A DNA stretch of 54,286 nucleotides from positions 1 through 54,286 of the forward strand of contig JAUCBJ010008445.1 in the NCBI GenBank assembly GCA_032718475.1, in the 5' to 3' direction. Each line of letters opens with the position of its first letter. The first letter of the stretch is position 1. Origin of the DNA: Nemertoderma westbladi (Eukaryota > Animalia > Xenacoelomorpha). The position numbers and the translations under genes were made by a program. Of this stretch, positions 23,823-36,162 are shown piece after piece. The notes beneath the pieces are model-generated. The model saw nothing but the letters and a program-made list of their open reading frames with translations. It had not been told where the DNA came from and did not search any database.

Positions 23823-26800
23823 GCGCTCAACTCATGGAGAATCAACAGACGCTACCTTTTCCCAAGTGGAAAGCGAAGCGACAGCAGAGAAACCGCATAA
23901 GAGGTATGCTATTGACATCTATCTGTCAGACTATCAACGCTTTGTAGGTGATGAAGAGTTGAGGAGAAGGCTAGATGGACTTAGCCCTAATAGTGAAGGA
24001 GCCAAGCTTGTGTTGGACGCAATCGATGCGGATATGAGTGCTGCGAACCAAGCTAAATTTGATGAACGCCTCCGCATCACTAGGGTCCAAGAAGAACAAG
24101 TAAAGAAAAAACGTATAGAAGACAGAAAGACAGTGGCAGTGGCAGCAGCAGTGGCAGCAGCAGAAGCGGAAAGAAAAGTGGCAGCAGCAGTGGCAGCAGC
24201 AGAAGCGGAAAGAAAAGTGGCAGCGGCAGCGGCAGAAGCGGAAAGAAAAGCGGCAGCAGCCGAAGCGGAAAGAAAGGCGGCAGTGGCAGCGGCAGAGGCA
24301 GTGGCAGAAGCAGAACGGAGAGCGTCTGAAGAAACCACCCAACTAGAATTGGAAAACATTCAGGAGAATCAAGACTGCATAAATAAACAGTTAACAGCTA
24401 GTCAAATGCAGATGATGAGTCGATCAACTCCCAAAAGAAAGGGATATACATCATCTGAGGAAGGCGATACCACCGATCCTGAAGGCGGAGGAAATAGATC
24501 TCGTCTAAGCAGACGTAGAAGAATGTCCCACCGTCAGAAATTGCCTGATTTGCCCCCAGCTGTTAGAAGGCAACTAACTAACACAAACTTAGGTAGTACA
24601 GAACCCACAGACCAAATAATTAACATAGAAAGACTCCCTACTATAGTAGATGAGCCTGAAATAATTAGGCCTGTTCTCGAAGCCACCCCTTCGGTGATAG
24701 AGACTCCTGTACTCCCAGAACCTACCTCTAAATTCCCTTTGCATAGCACTAAACTACCTGTGCCCAGCAGAACAGCCCATGAGACAGTTCCTGTTCTGGA
24801 CTCCGAGCGAAATATCAATGATTTGTCGCCCGTTGTCCCCCGTCCACCCGCTACTACGTTGGCGACTCCCGCTTCGGCGGTCGAGTGGGTGGATGAGAGA
24901 CGGCGGGGGATGGATCTCCTGCTCGGGCAGATGCAGGAGACTGTTAAGCAGTTCAAGGGCACAGTAAGGGAAAGTAGGTTAGAGTTGCAAGAAGTGCAGC
25001 AAAGTATCGCGTTAGAACGCGATAAATTAGTAAATACACAAAGGGGTATACCACCACCCCCGGTAACAATGTGTCAACCTGTTAGGTCTGAAGTATTTCA
25101 TGCGCAAGGTGTGGAGCCTACACGCATCTATACTGCTAGCGAAGTGGAAACTCCTATAGTAAACCCTATTAAGGGTAATTATAAACCTGTTGACAATGAT
25201 ATTCCATATAGACTTGATAATAATCCGAGAAATTTATATACCGATAACTCGATATTAAATAACACGATGGCCCAAGAAAGTTTTACGCGTCAAATGGCTA
25301 GAACCGAAGCCCGTCAAGCGGTAAAGGTGGGAGAGATCGTCAAGTTCAATGGAGATGAGATGAAATGGTTACCTTTTAATGAATATTACAAAGATAACAT
25401 ACAGAACTCTGTGCTATCTAACGGAGAGAAACTTAGATTCCTCATCGAGTGCTTGGAAGGATCTCCCAAGTTAATGGCGTTAAAGTTTATTGGACATCCC
25501 GATGGATTAAGACAAGTTTGGGATACCCTAAACATCAGGTATGGTAATAGGAATAACATAGCTAGGTATTTGTATGCAAAATTGGTAGCGCCCCGAAAGA
25601 TCATTAGCAGCGGGATAATAGAGTTTTCCGATGAGATTCAAGAGATCTGTAGACAATTAGATTGGCTAGGTAGGTCTCATGAATATCAGAGTTCTATGGT
25701 TATTGGAGCTGTGGCCTCTACTTTACCGAAGGGTGGAGTAGGTACACGCTGGGATAAGAAAGTGTTATATATGATGGAACAGCAACGACGAGACCCTACC
25801 ATGGCTGATCTCATGTCATTCTTAGATGGAGAAGTGAAATTACAGCTCCTAAAGCAGTCCAGAGAGAAGACACCGGAAAACAAGGTAAGTGAGAAACCCG
25901 TTTCTAGGAGAAAGGTAATACCAGTGTGTTATACAGACGACGGCGAAAGCCAGGCTTCTCAAGAGGAAGACAGCGGGAAAGACACTGAAAGATCTTACTA
26001 TGACAACAAAGCGCCTAAGGACGTAAGTAAATTCAAGTCTCGAACCAATGACAGGAGAGAACAGGTAAGAAAAACTCCTCCTACGTCTCCTAAGAGAATT
26101 CATGTAAGAAAGCCCGAAGAAAGAACGAGTGTGCACAACGTTACTCAAAGTAAGGTAAGTAACATCAAACCAAAATGTGTGCTGTGCGACAGGCCCCACC
26201 GTTTAAGTGCGTGTGATGAATTCCTGAGGAAATCACTAAAGGACAGACGTGAAGTCATGTGGGATAAGCGGTTGTGTTATAATTGCCTCAGACGAGGACA
26301 CCAACGGCGAACCTGTTACTCCGACGCAAGGTGTGCAAAGTGCGGCGCAAAACATCATATCTTGTTGCACACTGAATTCGATCGAAACAGCCCGAGTCAG
26401 GTAAGTGAGTCCGAACTACATGTCCAATTCAGTGATGTGAACGACACTGACCAAAGTTCTGAGATGGAAGGATTCTATACGGACGAATTCTCCGATGAAA
26501 ACGAATCCTGTTACCTGATAAATACCGCAGTGTATCGAGCACTTACGTATGAAGAGGACACCGACAGCGAGCTCCCCCTAACTACTTCTGACCGACAACC
26601 ATCTTGGAAAGCACCAACTTCCAATGTAGGAATCCGAGAATTTCCTGTAGTACAGTTGAGGGTCCACGGACCTAAAAGGAGTTATATAGTGAACGCCCTC
26701 CTTGACTCCGGTAGCACAGGAACATTCATCGACAAAGAACTAGCCGAAGACATCTTTGCTGGACAACCCAAGTTCCGAACTAAGTTAAACATGTCAGGAA

Positions 26801-27915
26801 TTATGCAGGTTTGGAAATCTACAGTAATAACGGATTATTATGTAGGTGCGTTGTCCACCCCCCAGGATGAACTAGGAGAACACAGCATAAGGTCAGTAAA
26901 AATGGTGGCGATAAAGAACTTCGCTACCAGCCAAGTAGAACCTTATAACTGGGATGAGGACGATTCCACCCAGCAGCTTAATATACCTAGATTCAACACA
27001 GACTACCCTGGAGTGCAAATACTCATCGGCCAAAATGCGCATGAGGCGCTTGAGACATTGGAGAAACGGCCTGCTCAACCGCAACCACTACAAGCCTATG
27101 CGGGAAGAACTAGAGTAGGTTGGTACCTTACTGGCCCTTCCCGTAGAACTCTCATAGAAAGGTTACCAAAAGAACGGGTATACCAAGTAAGTGAATGGGA
27201 AGCGGAGAGCAGTGAAGTAGACGACCCAACTGAGGGAACACTATACTCCTCAGATAATGACGATATTAACTCCAATGTAGATCAATGGAGACATTGCCCC
27301 GAGACGATTAATCTAGCCGACATCGCTTCCAGAGGAGCAACTCCTCAAGAACTGACAGATACTCCAGACTGGTTAGGTGGACCCGACTTCCTAAGTAAAG
27401 AAGATGAATGGCCTCCCCATCTTACCACGGCTGAGATTAGACAAGCCAAGGGAGCGGAGAAAGTCAAACCTAAAACCCAGACGAGTAAATCAAGGTTATT
27501 TAAACCCGTGATAGATCTGTCTGTACTACACATTGCCAGAGACGATGCTGTGGATCTAAACTCCCCCACCGCGAACCGATCTGTTGTGGAGATCAGAGAG
27601 AGAGACTGGAGATCTGGAACACCAGACGTCTCGCCGGGACTCTCACCTCTCCTGCCGGGAGCGATGGACCACTATAGATCCTGGAATCGGCTTTGTAGGG
27701 CCGTCGTGTATTTGAAGCGATGTTTCTATCGTCACTATTCCAGGACGAAGAGGAAACCTGGAATTGTCTTCGAGACACAGCAGCTCAATCGCCCAGTTGG
27801 TCGTTTATATTTACTGGAACGAGACCGAGAACTGTCCGGAAACTATGGAAGGCAAGATACTCTTCCCACGACCACCTCCCTAATCCAACAAACATCTAGG
27901 GACTCCCCAACGTAA
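23773..27915 (+). CDS. gag: Element C Gag-protease polyprotein fused in frame to RNase H-end and integrase-tail remnants
   Basis: KFNGDEMKWLPF (DUF1759-like), BEL triple Zn knuckle CVLC..H..C / CYNC..GH..C / CAKC..HH..LH, protease ALLDSGS, then WRHCPETINLADIASRG and RPVGRLYLLE. Confidence 0.88.
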   Translation: MSLKVQGTAQWKSQLAERSTHGESTDATFSQVESEATAEKPHKRYAIDIYLSDYQRFVGDEELRRRLDGLSPNSEGAKLVLDAIDADMSAANQAKFDERLRITRVQEEQVKKKRIEDRKTVAVAAAVAAAEAERKVAAAVAAAEAERKVAAAAAEAERKAAAAEAERKAAVAAAEAVAEAERRASEETTQLELENIQENQDCINKQLTASQMQMMSRSTPKRKGYTSSEEGDTTDPEGGGNRSRLSRRRRMSHRQKLPDLPPAVRRQLTNTNLGSTEPTDQIINIERLPTIVDEPEIIRPVLEATPSVIETPVLPEPTSKFPLHSTKLPVPSRTAHETVPVLDSERNINDLSPVVPRPPATTLATPASAVEWVDERRRGMDLLLGQMQETVKQFKGTVRESRLELQEVQQSIALERDKLVNTQRGIPPPPVTMCQPVRSEVFHAQGVEPTRIYTASEVETPIVNPIKGNYKPVDNDIPYRLDNNPRNLYTDNSILNNTMAQESFTRQMARTEARQAVKVGEIVKFNGDEMKWLPFNEYYKDNIQNSVLSNGEKLRFLIECLEGSPKLMALKFIGHPDGLRQVWDTLNIRYGNRNNIARYLYAKLVAPRKIISSGIIEFSDEIQEICRQLDWLGRSHEYQSSMVIGAVASTLPKGGVGTRWDKKVLYMMEQQRRDPTMADLMSFLDGEVKLQLLKQSREKTPENKVSEKPVSRRKVIPVCYTDDGESQASQEEDSGKDTERSYYDNKAPKDVSKFKSRTNDRREQVRKTPPTSPKRIHVRKPEERTSVHNVTQSKVSNIKPKCVLCDRPHRLSACDEFLRKSLKDRREVMWDKRLCYNCLRRGHQRRTCYSDARCAKCGAKHHILLHTEFDRNSPSQVSESELHVQFSDVNDTDQSSEMEGFYTDEFSDENESCYLINTAVYRALTYEEDTDSELPLTTSDRQPSWKAPTSNVGIREFPVVQLRVHGPKRSYIVNALLDSGSTGTFIDKELAEDIFAGQPKFRTKLNMSGIMQVWKSTVITDYYVGALSTPQDELGEHSIRSVKMVAIKNFATSQVEPYNWDEDDSTQQLNIPRFNTDYPGVQILIGQNAHEALETLEKRPAQPQPLQAYAGRTRVGWYLTGPSRRTLIERLPKERVYQVSEWEAESSEVDDPTEGTLYSSDNDDINSNVDQWRHCPETINLADIASRGATPQELTDTPDWLGGPDFLSKEDEWPPHLTTAEIRQAKGAEKVKPKTQTSKSRLFKPVIDLSVLHIARDDAVDLNSPTANRSVVEIRERDWRSGTPDVSPGLSPLLPGAMDHYRSWNRLCRAVVYLKRCFYRHYSRTKRKPGIVFETQQLNRPVGRLYLLERDRELSGNYGRQDTLPTTTSLIQQTSRDSPT

Positions 27916-29550
27916 CAGCGTCTGGAGTGGGTGTGTGACTATATTATTTTATATTTGTTTTTATTATTTTATATTTATGTATGTATTATTATGTAATTTT
28001 ATTATAATCGTTTTCTTTAATTTTATTTAGTAGAATGTTATTTTAGCGATTATTTAGTAGATTAGTGCAATATATATTAGTGTTTATTACTTAATTACTT
28101 ATATATTATATATTTAGTGCGACGGCGAGAAATAATTCTTTTTCTCTTTCCTTACTGTCCGTATTACATTACAAATACGTAACTACAGTAAGATGAAATG
28201 TCCGTACTTATTAAAGTACAATAAAGCTCCTACTATATTCAAGTATTATTGGTAAGTAGAGTATTAGGAATGCAAAATTCAGATCCTCGTGTCTCGGCTA
28301 AACCAAGCTCTGGGTAGACCTTGGAAACGACTTGCCTCTTCTCACTGACATTGCTTCGTGCGATATTGCTCTCATACCGTATCTCAAATAGTACATATAG
28401 TAGCGTGATGTCCCTTTAACAGTAGCGTACAACGCAAAAATAAATCTGTTAAACCCTTTGACCATCTGTAATTCTAGTCGATTAAGATATCGCGGCACCC
28501 ACCGATATACTTGAAAGACAAAATTCTAGAATCAGTGGTTAACGTCCCCAGACATGTTCTGGAATAAACTGGTGCCCATCCTTAAATATTAATTATTAAT
28601 ATTTACAAAATCTGTCAAATTTTAGATCCTTTAAAATTCTAGTCTATTAAGATATCGTAGCACTTACCGATATTCTTAAAAGGACCAATTTCCTAGAATC
28701 AAGGATCCTAGTCCCCAGACATGTTCTGGAATAAAATTGTGTCTATTTCATATTAAATAATAAAATTTACGGGAATAAATTTAAATTCATGTTTTAATGA
28801 ATTTGATAAATTGTCATCTTTATACAATTCATAACATTCCCAAAATTCCATTAATTAATAGATCATGGGAGCGGAGATTCACTCTATTAAGTGTATTAGT
28901 GTGCGAGAATCTCCAATATAGTCAATAGCCGATAAAATTCATAAAATCATGTATAAAGAGGAATATTGACAATTAAAGAATTACTATTAAATAGCATCCC
29001 AGATCTGTATGCTTGGGAATTACCCTAATTCTACCGCTAGCTTTCCATAATGTCACCATGGCAACAACCACGCTAGAATTAGAAGTGAGTTAAAAGAACA
29101 ATAAAGCTTGCCCATTGAATAGCATAAGGAATAAATAGCACACTGCTAGTATCCCAGGATACCCAATAATAACGTGGCATTCTGGAAGGCACTGACTAAC
29201 GGACAAATGGCCCGAATGTGAGCGATTTGTGACAGTTGTGTGGAATTTGTGCGTTTATAGGTGAATGTTACTACTAAAGTGTGTTTGCAGTAGCGAGTCG
29301 CAATTGTGAAAGTAACCCTAACTCTCCAGTAAGAACCTGAAGTAAATCTAAGCCTTTGGGACGGACGGTGGAGTGACTCGCGCTGGTTGTTGTGGTCGTT
29401 GTGCAGCTACGACGTTGGCGATAGGCACATCGGCGAAAGTACACCAGCGCTGAGGATCTTGCGCTGTCCGGGGGCCGAGAGGGGTAGGCAGCGACGCCCG
29501 CTAGCCCAAATATAAACTCATTATAATATTGATAAACTCATATAGCAGAT

Positions 29551-30627
29551 ATGACTGAGTTGATAGAAGATGATCTTGGTATCAGGGAGCGATATACTCT
29601 ACCTTTACAAGCGTTTGTTGATAGCTTGATACGCGGCGACGCTGGTCCAACTACTACGGAGGACGATGATCGTTATATCGAACCGCCAATGTCCCAGGAG
29701 CAACTTACGCGTGAATTGGACTATAGAAAATTCACCGCTCGCTATGCGCATCGTAATGGTACGTATATGGACTTCTTAACTACTGGCCATCCTATCGATT
29801 TACACGATACGGACGATGTAGACACCGAAAGGGAAATGGTTTTATTTAAATATCCTACCCAGCGGAGGCGGAACGATAAACCGAGAATGGAACACGAGAA
29901 TTCTATTCGAAACAGACTCGAAGGAGAAGACATTGAAGAGCCGGATAAACGCAGCGACTTCAACGATTATCTGGAATTCCTGAGAGAAACATATCTCAAT
30001 ATTGCCAATCAACAAAATCCAGAAACTCGATATCCTCAAGGTATACATCATGATCCTATGATAGAACTCAAACGACTCTATTTCACTATGATGTATCTTA
30101 CCGCCGATCGACCGCTACCTGTCATCCCAGATAGCTTCGAACAGATGGAGGAATATTGTAAAACCGAATAAATATCACCCGCGTTTCCCCTATAAGACGT
30201 GCGTCTTTGGTATTATTGCGATGAATGCCCAAGACCCAACCAACAAACGGAAAGACATAAACATCCGCGGAGACGTTGCTTTAAACACGGTTTTACTCGC
30301 TATATTTACGGGAGTTTCGAGCGAAACTTGTTCGATGTATCACCGACGCTCGCTCGACTCAAACGATCCTTAAATAAACCTATGATCCGAGTTCCGGAAT
30401 ACTCGGTCAGACCTCCTCATTCCCTAGTTAGACCTCAGACTCTTGATCCTAATAGTATCACGGATCCTCCCGAACTGTCCTCACTGTCCAAAGATCTAGT
30501 GTTACTCGAACAGTTAGTCGGTGGCACTCCGGTTGTGGGCTCCCTAAATATTCGCCCATCTTACCTAGTCGGATTGGGACGCAGACATCTAATATCGCCA
30601 TTCAACTGTGTCATCGTCCCTGTTTAA
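29551..30627 (+). pseudogene. Element C accessory ORF (one in-frame stop at 30169-30171)
   Basis: ORFs 29551-30171 and 30199-30627 share a frame. DPMIELKRLYFTMMYLTADRPLP and YYCDEC..RCFKH match the B accessory ORF. Confidence 0.75.
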
Positions 30628-31152
30628 CCCGATACAACCTGTCACCGCGGCGGAGGAAAGAGTTATACGAAACGCGTTGGACACTATTCGTCAAAAGATC
30701 GGAAAATGAACCTACAATTGTTTAGAGAAACATAAATTACAGTAGCAAGTCCAAGCGGTAAACGAGTTAACTTTATCTCAGTTCGATCAGGAAATTCAGA
30801 ATCTCTAAGAAGATATCGAACTTGGACGACCCTATTCTCTGCAAGAGTTTTGGACGAACGCATCCAACGATAAGCGGAGGAAAATCAGCTCGAGGAGAAG
30901 CATATCGAAATGGACGAGACATCGACCGTAACCCTAAACCTTCAGATGCAATTGTATTGCACCCTTTACCCAGGAGTTATGGCCCTCCTAGTAAAGTGGC
31001 TCACCCCAAAGAGAAAAGGACTCTTGCTAGCCTCCAAAAAACTGCGTAAACGCCGTCTGCGCAAGAAAAACTAACTGTTTAGAGTATTTTTATATTTTAG
31101 AAACTGTGATTTTTTATATTTTATAGAATTAAATCCCATTTTCTGGGAGCGG

Positions 31153-32355
31153 TGTAAAGGCTTTTGCGGATCTAACTAGTTATTTTCCCCGCAAAGTACT
31201 CTGTAGGTGTTTTAACAGACATAAAAAGCCGTTTCCTTACTGTACCGGTGTTTTAGTGGACATAAAAGCCATTTCTTCTATATGTGTACTTTAGCGGACA
31301 TAACTAACTGTGTACTTTAGCGGACATAACTAGCGATCTTATGTCGCAATAGCCAAAATCCTCTTGACACAGTGTAGTTACTATGACGACGGCTAACAGC
31401 TGATCTGTACACGTGGAGCTTTTCCTTTATTCTCTGTCGTTTCTTTGTTCGGTCGACCAATCAGAGCGTTTTTTGACTCTGTGTTGGAGGTTGTATACAG
31501 AAACTCATGAATTGAGTCAGTATGTGCATTTTGTCCTGAGCCCAGAAGACCGGATTTGGAATCTCTGTGTTTTCAGTCTTTAGCCCAACATTAGTAGGCT
31601 TAATTATAGAACGTATATCTGTTATCTTACTTACAAACCAATTCATACCATACCAAACCACATAACCATTCATACCTTAACATTTGTACTGCTATTTACT
31701 GTCGGTTATTCATTATATCAGTTGATGGAATATTATTATATTTGGAATACCGATAAATAATTACAAAACCCGCAATCTTCTTGATATACTGAAGGTAAGA
31801 GAGACCGGTTACATATAATGATTGCGACTTACATTAAAGTGGTTTTGAAGTGAATCTAATGCTATTTCATAGGCACTACATGTATCGGTCATTGTTCTCT
31901 TTATATGTGACTAAAATTAGTGAAGGTCGGCAGATCGGTGTGCAGCATTGTGCAGTATTGTGTATGATTGTGACTGATAACAAAGCATCTCCTAAAGAAT
32001 GCGCCATATACGTGAATCCATAGCCATCCCGTTGTGTCTAGTTTAAGTCATAACTCTGTTTACATATTTAGAGCGCCACGTCCTAAAGGAACTGTTAATA
32101 TTTCCCGAAAGTGAATAATATTTGTCAGAGATTATATATTACAATCAGTCGAATAATACAGTAGGCCTACACCGCAATAAGGTTAGGCTTCCGAATCCAG
32201 TCTCCCGGGTATATCCAGCGGGTGAATGGTCGCGCATAGACTGGCTTCGGCTAATGTAGTGTATCAAATACTCGTCATAGGCTAAAGTCGATTTATTATC
32301 TAGAAGACATCCAAATTTGGCAGGTTAAACTGCTAAAGGTCTAAAAGCGTGAACA
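31153..32355 (+). repeat. 3' LTR of element C
   Basis: Copy of 19564-20771, preceded by the short purine-rich gggagcgg. Confidence 0.95.
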
Positions 32356-32360
32356 AAGTA

Positions 32361-32801
32361 AGTGATAACTAGAAAGTAACTAGTGATAACCGAAGGCAAA
32401 CCGGCCCTTATATAGTAAATCTGGGACATAGAATCCGCTAGAACCTTCCAGAGCATTCCATGGCCTCACATTGGATCAATAAGATGTTCCATGCCCTATG
32501 ATTGGCCCAACTCATCGTTTCATATGTTGTACGCACCTCATTGGTTTACCAAATTAGATCAAATTAAAATAAATTGCCCAAAAATGCAAATTTCCCGACT
32601 GGGATTCGAACTCGTAACCTATCTGTAATGTAACCAATGCCTTAACCATCTGACCACTGCGCCATTAGATTACCTACAGATTTTATGTGTACCAATATGA
32701 ATAGGCATATTACATTACTATAATTTAATCAAAATGCGTCAGATTTTAGAAAGTTTTTACGTTAAACTACAAATGCTACCTTATAGTGAAATAATCCATC
32801 A
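32361..32801 (-). promoter_or_regulatory. Probable U3 part of the element B 5' LTR (continues at 19563 to ~19340)
   Basis: Starts TG at the TSD. On the minus strand it has several CCAAT boxes and TATATAA (~32408-32414). No second LTR copy is available to confirm. Confidence 0.6.
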
Positions 32802-34946
32802 TGGGGACTTATATTATGCCAGGTGTATACTTCCCGGATGGGGACATGACCAATTTAGAACTATACATGTTCTCCGATGCATCCCTGGAAGCATATGGTG
32901 CGGCACTTTATTTGGTGCAGTGGAAGGGGACTCATAAGCCCAGGCTTGCCTTTAGTAAAACGAGGTCAACGCCATCAGATTCAGCATCAGTGCTGAAACT
33001 CGAGCTAACGGCTGCGAGATTAGGAGTGAGAGCGACAGCATACTTGGTGGAAACGATACCAAGTATAGTAGAGACGCAATACTGGACAGATTCCATGGTA
33101 GTGTTGGGATGGTTGCATAATGAGAAGATGCATTAGCCCATATCTGTGGCGAATAGAGTGGATGAGATAAGAGCAACGTCACACTTGGAGAAGTGGCACT
33201 ACGGCCCAACTGACGACAATCCAGTGGATCTGCTATCGAGGGGCGTTGTGCGCCGCACTTTCTCGAGGAAGCAGGAGTTGTGGCAGCATGGCCCACACTT
33301 CCTTAACGATAGGTCGAGCTGGCCACCGATGAGGAAGGTAGACCCAAGTACAGAGGAAGTGACAGTGGAGGAGGAATCAGAGGAATCAGAGGGGGAGGAA
33401 ATATTTAGTCAACTAGTGAGGGAGGTTAAGGAGGCACCCCCACGATCAAAGCCGATAGAGTCGTGCAATATCCCAACGGATAGGTTGCTCATTTACAGCT
33501 CCAGCTGGTATAAGACGAAGAAGCTAGTAGCATATCTGAGTGCCTACGGAGAATTCCTTAGGGGAGCTAGAAAGGATACCAAAACGAGACTCACCATCGA
33601 TCTGGAAGGAGTGGCCAAAGCCGTGATACGATACGAGCAAAGGAAGGGATACGGAGACGAGGTAAACCGCTTCAGCAAACAATAACGCCTTCATCAAGAC
33701 AGCGAGCTCAATGCGCTGTCACCACAATTAGCTAAGGATGGGATCCTAAGTCATGAACTCCTGGGTGGTAAACAACATCAGCCCCATAATCCCAACAAAG
33801 CCGATAATAATCCACAACAAATCACCAATAGTCTACCAGATCATATGGGACACCCATAAGTCCATACTACACTGGGGTACCAACCAGACCCTAATAGAGA
33901 TTCGAAAGATATTCTGGGTTATCCAGCTCAGGAAGATGGTGAAGGAGGTAGTGGGGCAATGCCAGATGTGCCGACGGACGAAGAAGGAGAGGGCCGTACA
34001 GGAGATGGCGCCATTGCCGACCAACAGGATGAGGCATCACGACCCACCGTTCACACACTGTGGTGTGGACATGTTTGGGCCGATTAAAATAAAGGCGATG
34101 CGGCATACGGAGAAACGCTACGGCATTATCTTCATCTGCAATAATACGAAGGCGGTGGGGATAGAACTGGCTCAGGACGCCACGGCGTCGGCATTTATTA
34201 ATGCGCTAGAGAGGTTCATGACCCGGAGAGGAGGAACAGTATAGGTACTATACTTTCGTGGGCGCGGAGAATGAGTTAGTGAGGCCCTTGACATTCTGGA
34301 GGGCGAAGAAGTCAAGGCAGAGATGAGGACACACCTAATCAGGTGGAAGAGGAGAACTCCATACGCACCACAAATGCTGGGATGTGTAGAGCGACTTGTG
34401 GGAAGCTCCAACCAACTCATGACCAAGCTGATGAATAACCATATGGTCACTGAGGACGTACTAAGGACAGTCCTGGCGAAATGCGAGGGAAATATCAACA
34501 GCCGGCTGCTGTATCCCGAGTGAGACGATCCAGAATCCCTGGACGTCCTAACACCAGCACACCTGCTGATGGAGAGACCAGTGACGATTGACATGCGAAA
34601 CATCGATCCAGACGATATGCATTCGTGTCAAAACTGGAAGGTGGCTAAGGCGATAAGTGCAGAGTATTGGACAAGGTGGATCCATGAGTACCTTCCAACA
34701 CTGCACAAGAGGAGTAAATGGAGGAATAACCAGAGGGAGCTAAGAAAAGGTGACTTGATAATCGTCACAGATGATACGATTATCAACAATCACTGGAGGT
34801 TGGCTAGGGTAGTGGAGACCTACCCCGACGAAGACGGAAGAATTAGATCCGTGGAAGTGAGGATCAGAGGGAAGATAGGGGCCAAAGATAGGAAGACCTA
34901 CAAGAGGGCGGTAGGGAAGTGTTGCCTATTGGTGGGATCGCCCTAA
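32802..34946 (+). pseudogene. pol: Element A pol, RNase H and integrase (second part)
   Basis: MFSDAS, LELTAARLG, YWTDS, DNPVDLLSRG, H..H..CQMC, CGVDMFGP, VERLVG, LTPAHLL, WRLARVVETYP. Multiple stops. Confidence 0.92.
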
Positions 34947-35194
34947 ACTAGAGTCATCCAATATATCGGACTGAGGGGGGTGGGAATGAGGGCGAGACGC
35001 CCTTCCCACACACTAAACAAAAAAAAAATAAATAAATAAAATAAAATAAGCAGTAGTAAAAAAGTACTAAGGTACGCTGTAGGTAGACATTATGTACATT
35101 TGATGGGTATGGACGTACCAATGTACATAATACATGTACAATTACGTACGTTGGATGGGTACAAAATGTACCAACGTACCTAATTTACATACCC

Positions 35195-35700
35195 ACTATT
35201 GTGGGCACTGAGGGCGCCACCTGAGGAGTTGAACGGGAGGTATGTACGCATACTATAGTAGAGGGGTACATAGTGCCATACATTTGTGGGCACTGAGGGC
35301 GCCACGTGAGGAGTTGACGGGAGGTATGTACAATACCGTAGTAGAGGGGTACATAGTACCGTAAATTTGTGGGCACTGAGGGCACCATGTGAGGAGTTGA
35401 GGGAGGGTATGTGTATGCATACCATAGTAGAAGGGTACATAGTACCGTAAATACGTAATATGTACTATAGTGGGCACTGAGGGCACCACATAAGAAGTTG
35501 AGGGGGATATGCATGCATACAGTAATAGAAGGGTACACGGTACCATAGTGAAGATTAGGAGGGGTATACATTGCGTACATCTGTTGGGCACAATGTGCCA
35601 ACGTACGTAATAAATACCAGCACAAGCCCGGGTCAATGGGACCAATAACACGTAATACGTACTATTGTGGGCACTGATGGCGCCACGTGAGGAGTTGTAG
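35195..35700 (+). repeat. Tandem ~85-100-bp repeats in the pol/accessory-ORF spacer of A
   Basis: The core gtgggcactgagggcgccacgtgaggagttg occurs near 35201, 35286, 35369, 35470 and 35667. Confidence 0.85.
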
Positions 35701-36162
35701 GGGGTATGTAGGCATAGTAGAATAGATCGTGTAGGCCGCACGAACTAGACTTCTGTAGCGCATAGCCCATGGTGCAGAGTTAGAGGACTGCTACAGAGCC
35801 AGAAAGTTGTCTGGTAGGAAGCTAGTACAAGGGTAAGAAAATTGTAGCTAGTCTTCTCTGTAGGCAAGTAGTGATGAATTACTTACATAGTAATTGAGTA
35901 GCAGCTAGAGTAATAGCACGTCAGTTGAGGTTGGGGAGTGAACACAGCACTGAAGAATCAGGGGTAAATTGGCACATAGAGGGGAATACTCATACGAAAC
36001 ACTGGCAGAACGCATATAGGAGGTAGGCCATCACTGATTTAAACTAATTAAGACCATACTTATTTATCTCTTGCCCTACTGAGCCTTTCTAAGGCACCAC
36101 CAGTCTGGTGAGAGAGGAGAATCGTGATGGCCCAGAAACTATGAAGGAGTTTATCGTATTCC

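Larger units (their letters stand above)
19564..32355 (+). mobile_element. BEL/Pao element C, young, internally deleted (non-autonomous)
   Basis: Near-identical ~1.2-kb LTRs with TGT...ACA ends and perfect TSD AAGTA (19559-19563, 32356-32360). Gag-PR ORF without RT or integrase core. Confidence 0.93.
11709..32801 (-). mobile_element. BEL/Pao element B (gag deleted, no recognisable 3' LTR) inserted in A pol
   Basis: TG...CA ends with TGGGG at 11704-11708 and 32802-32806. Removing it restores A pol in frame (SLKEMG/TYIMPGVYF..ELYMFSDAS). Confidence 0.85.

Noticed and set aside
23934-24359. Ala-rich and Cys-rich minus-strand ORFs
   Set aside because: Antisense of the AAAEAERK repeat in C gag.
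32594-32663. Functional tRNA gene
   Set aside because: The acceptor and T stems do not pair; only the A/B boxes are retained.
35195-35700. Repeat-spacer appearance resembling a CRISPR array
   Set aside because: The spacers are similar to one another, the context is a eukaryotic retrotransposon, and there are no cas genes.
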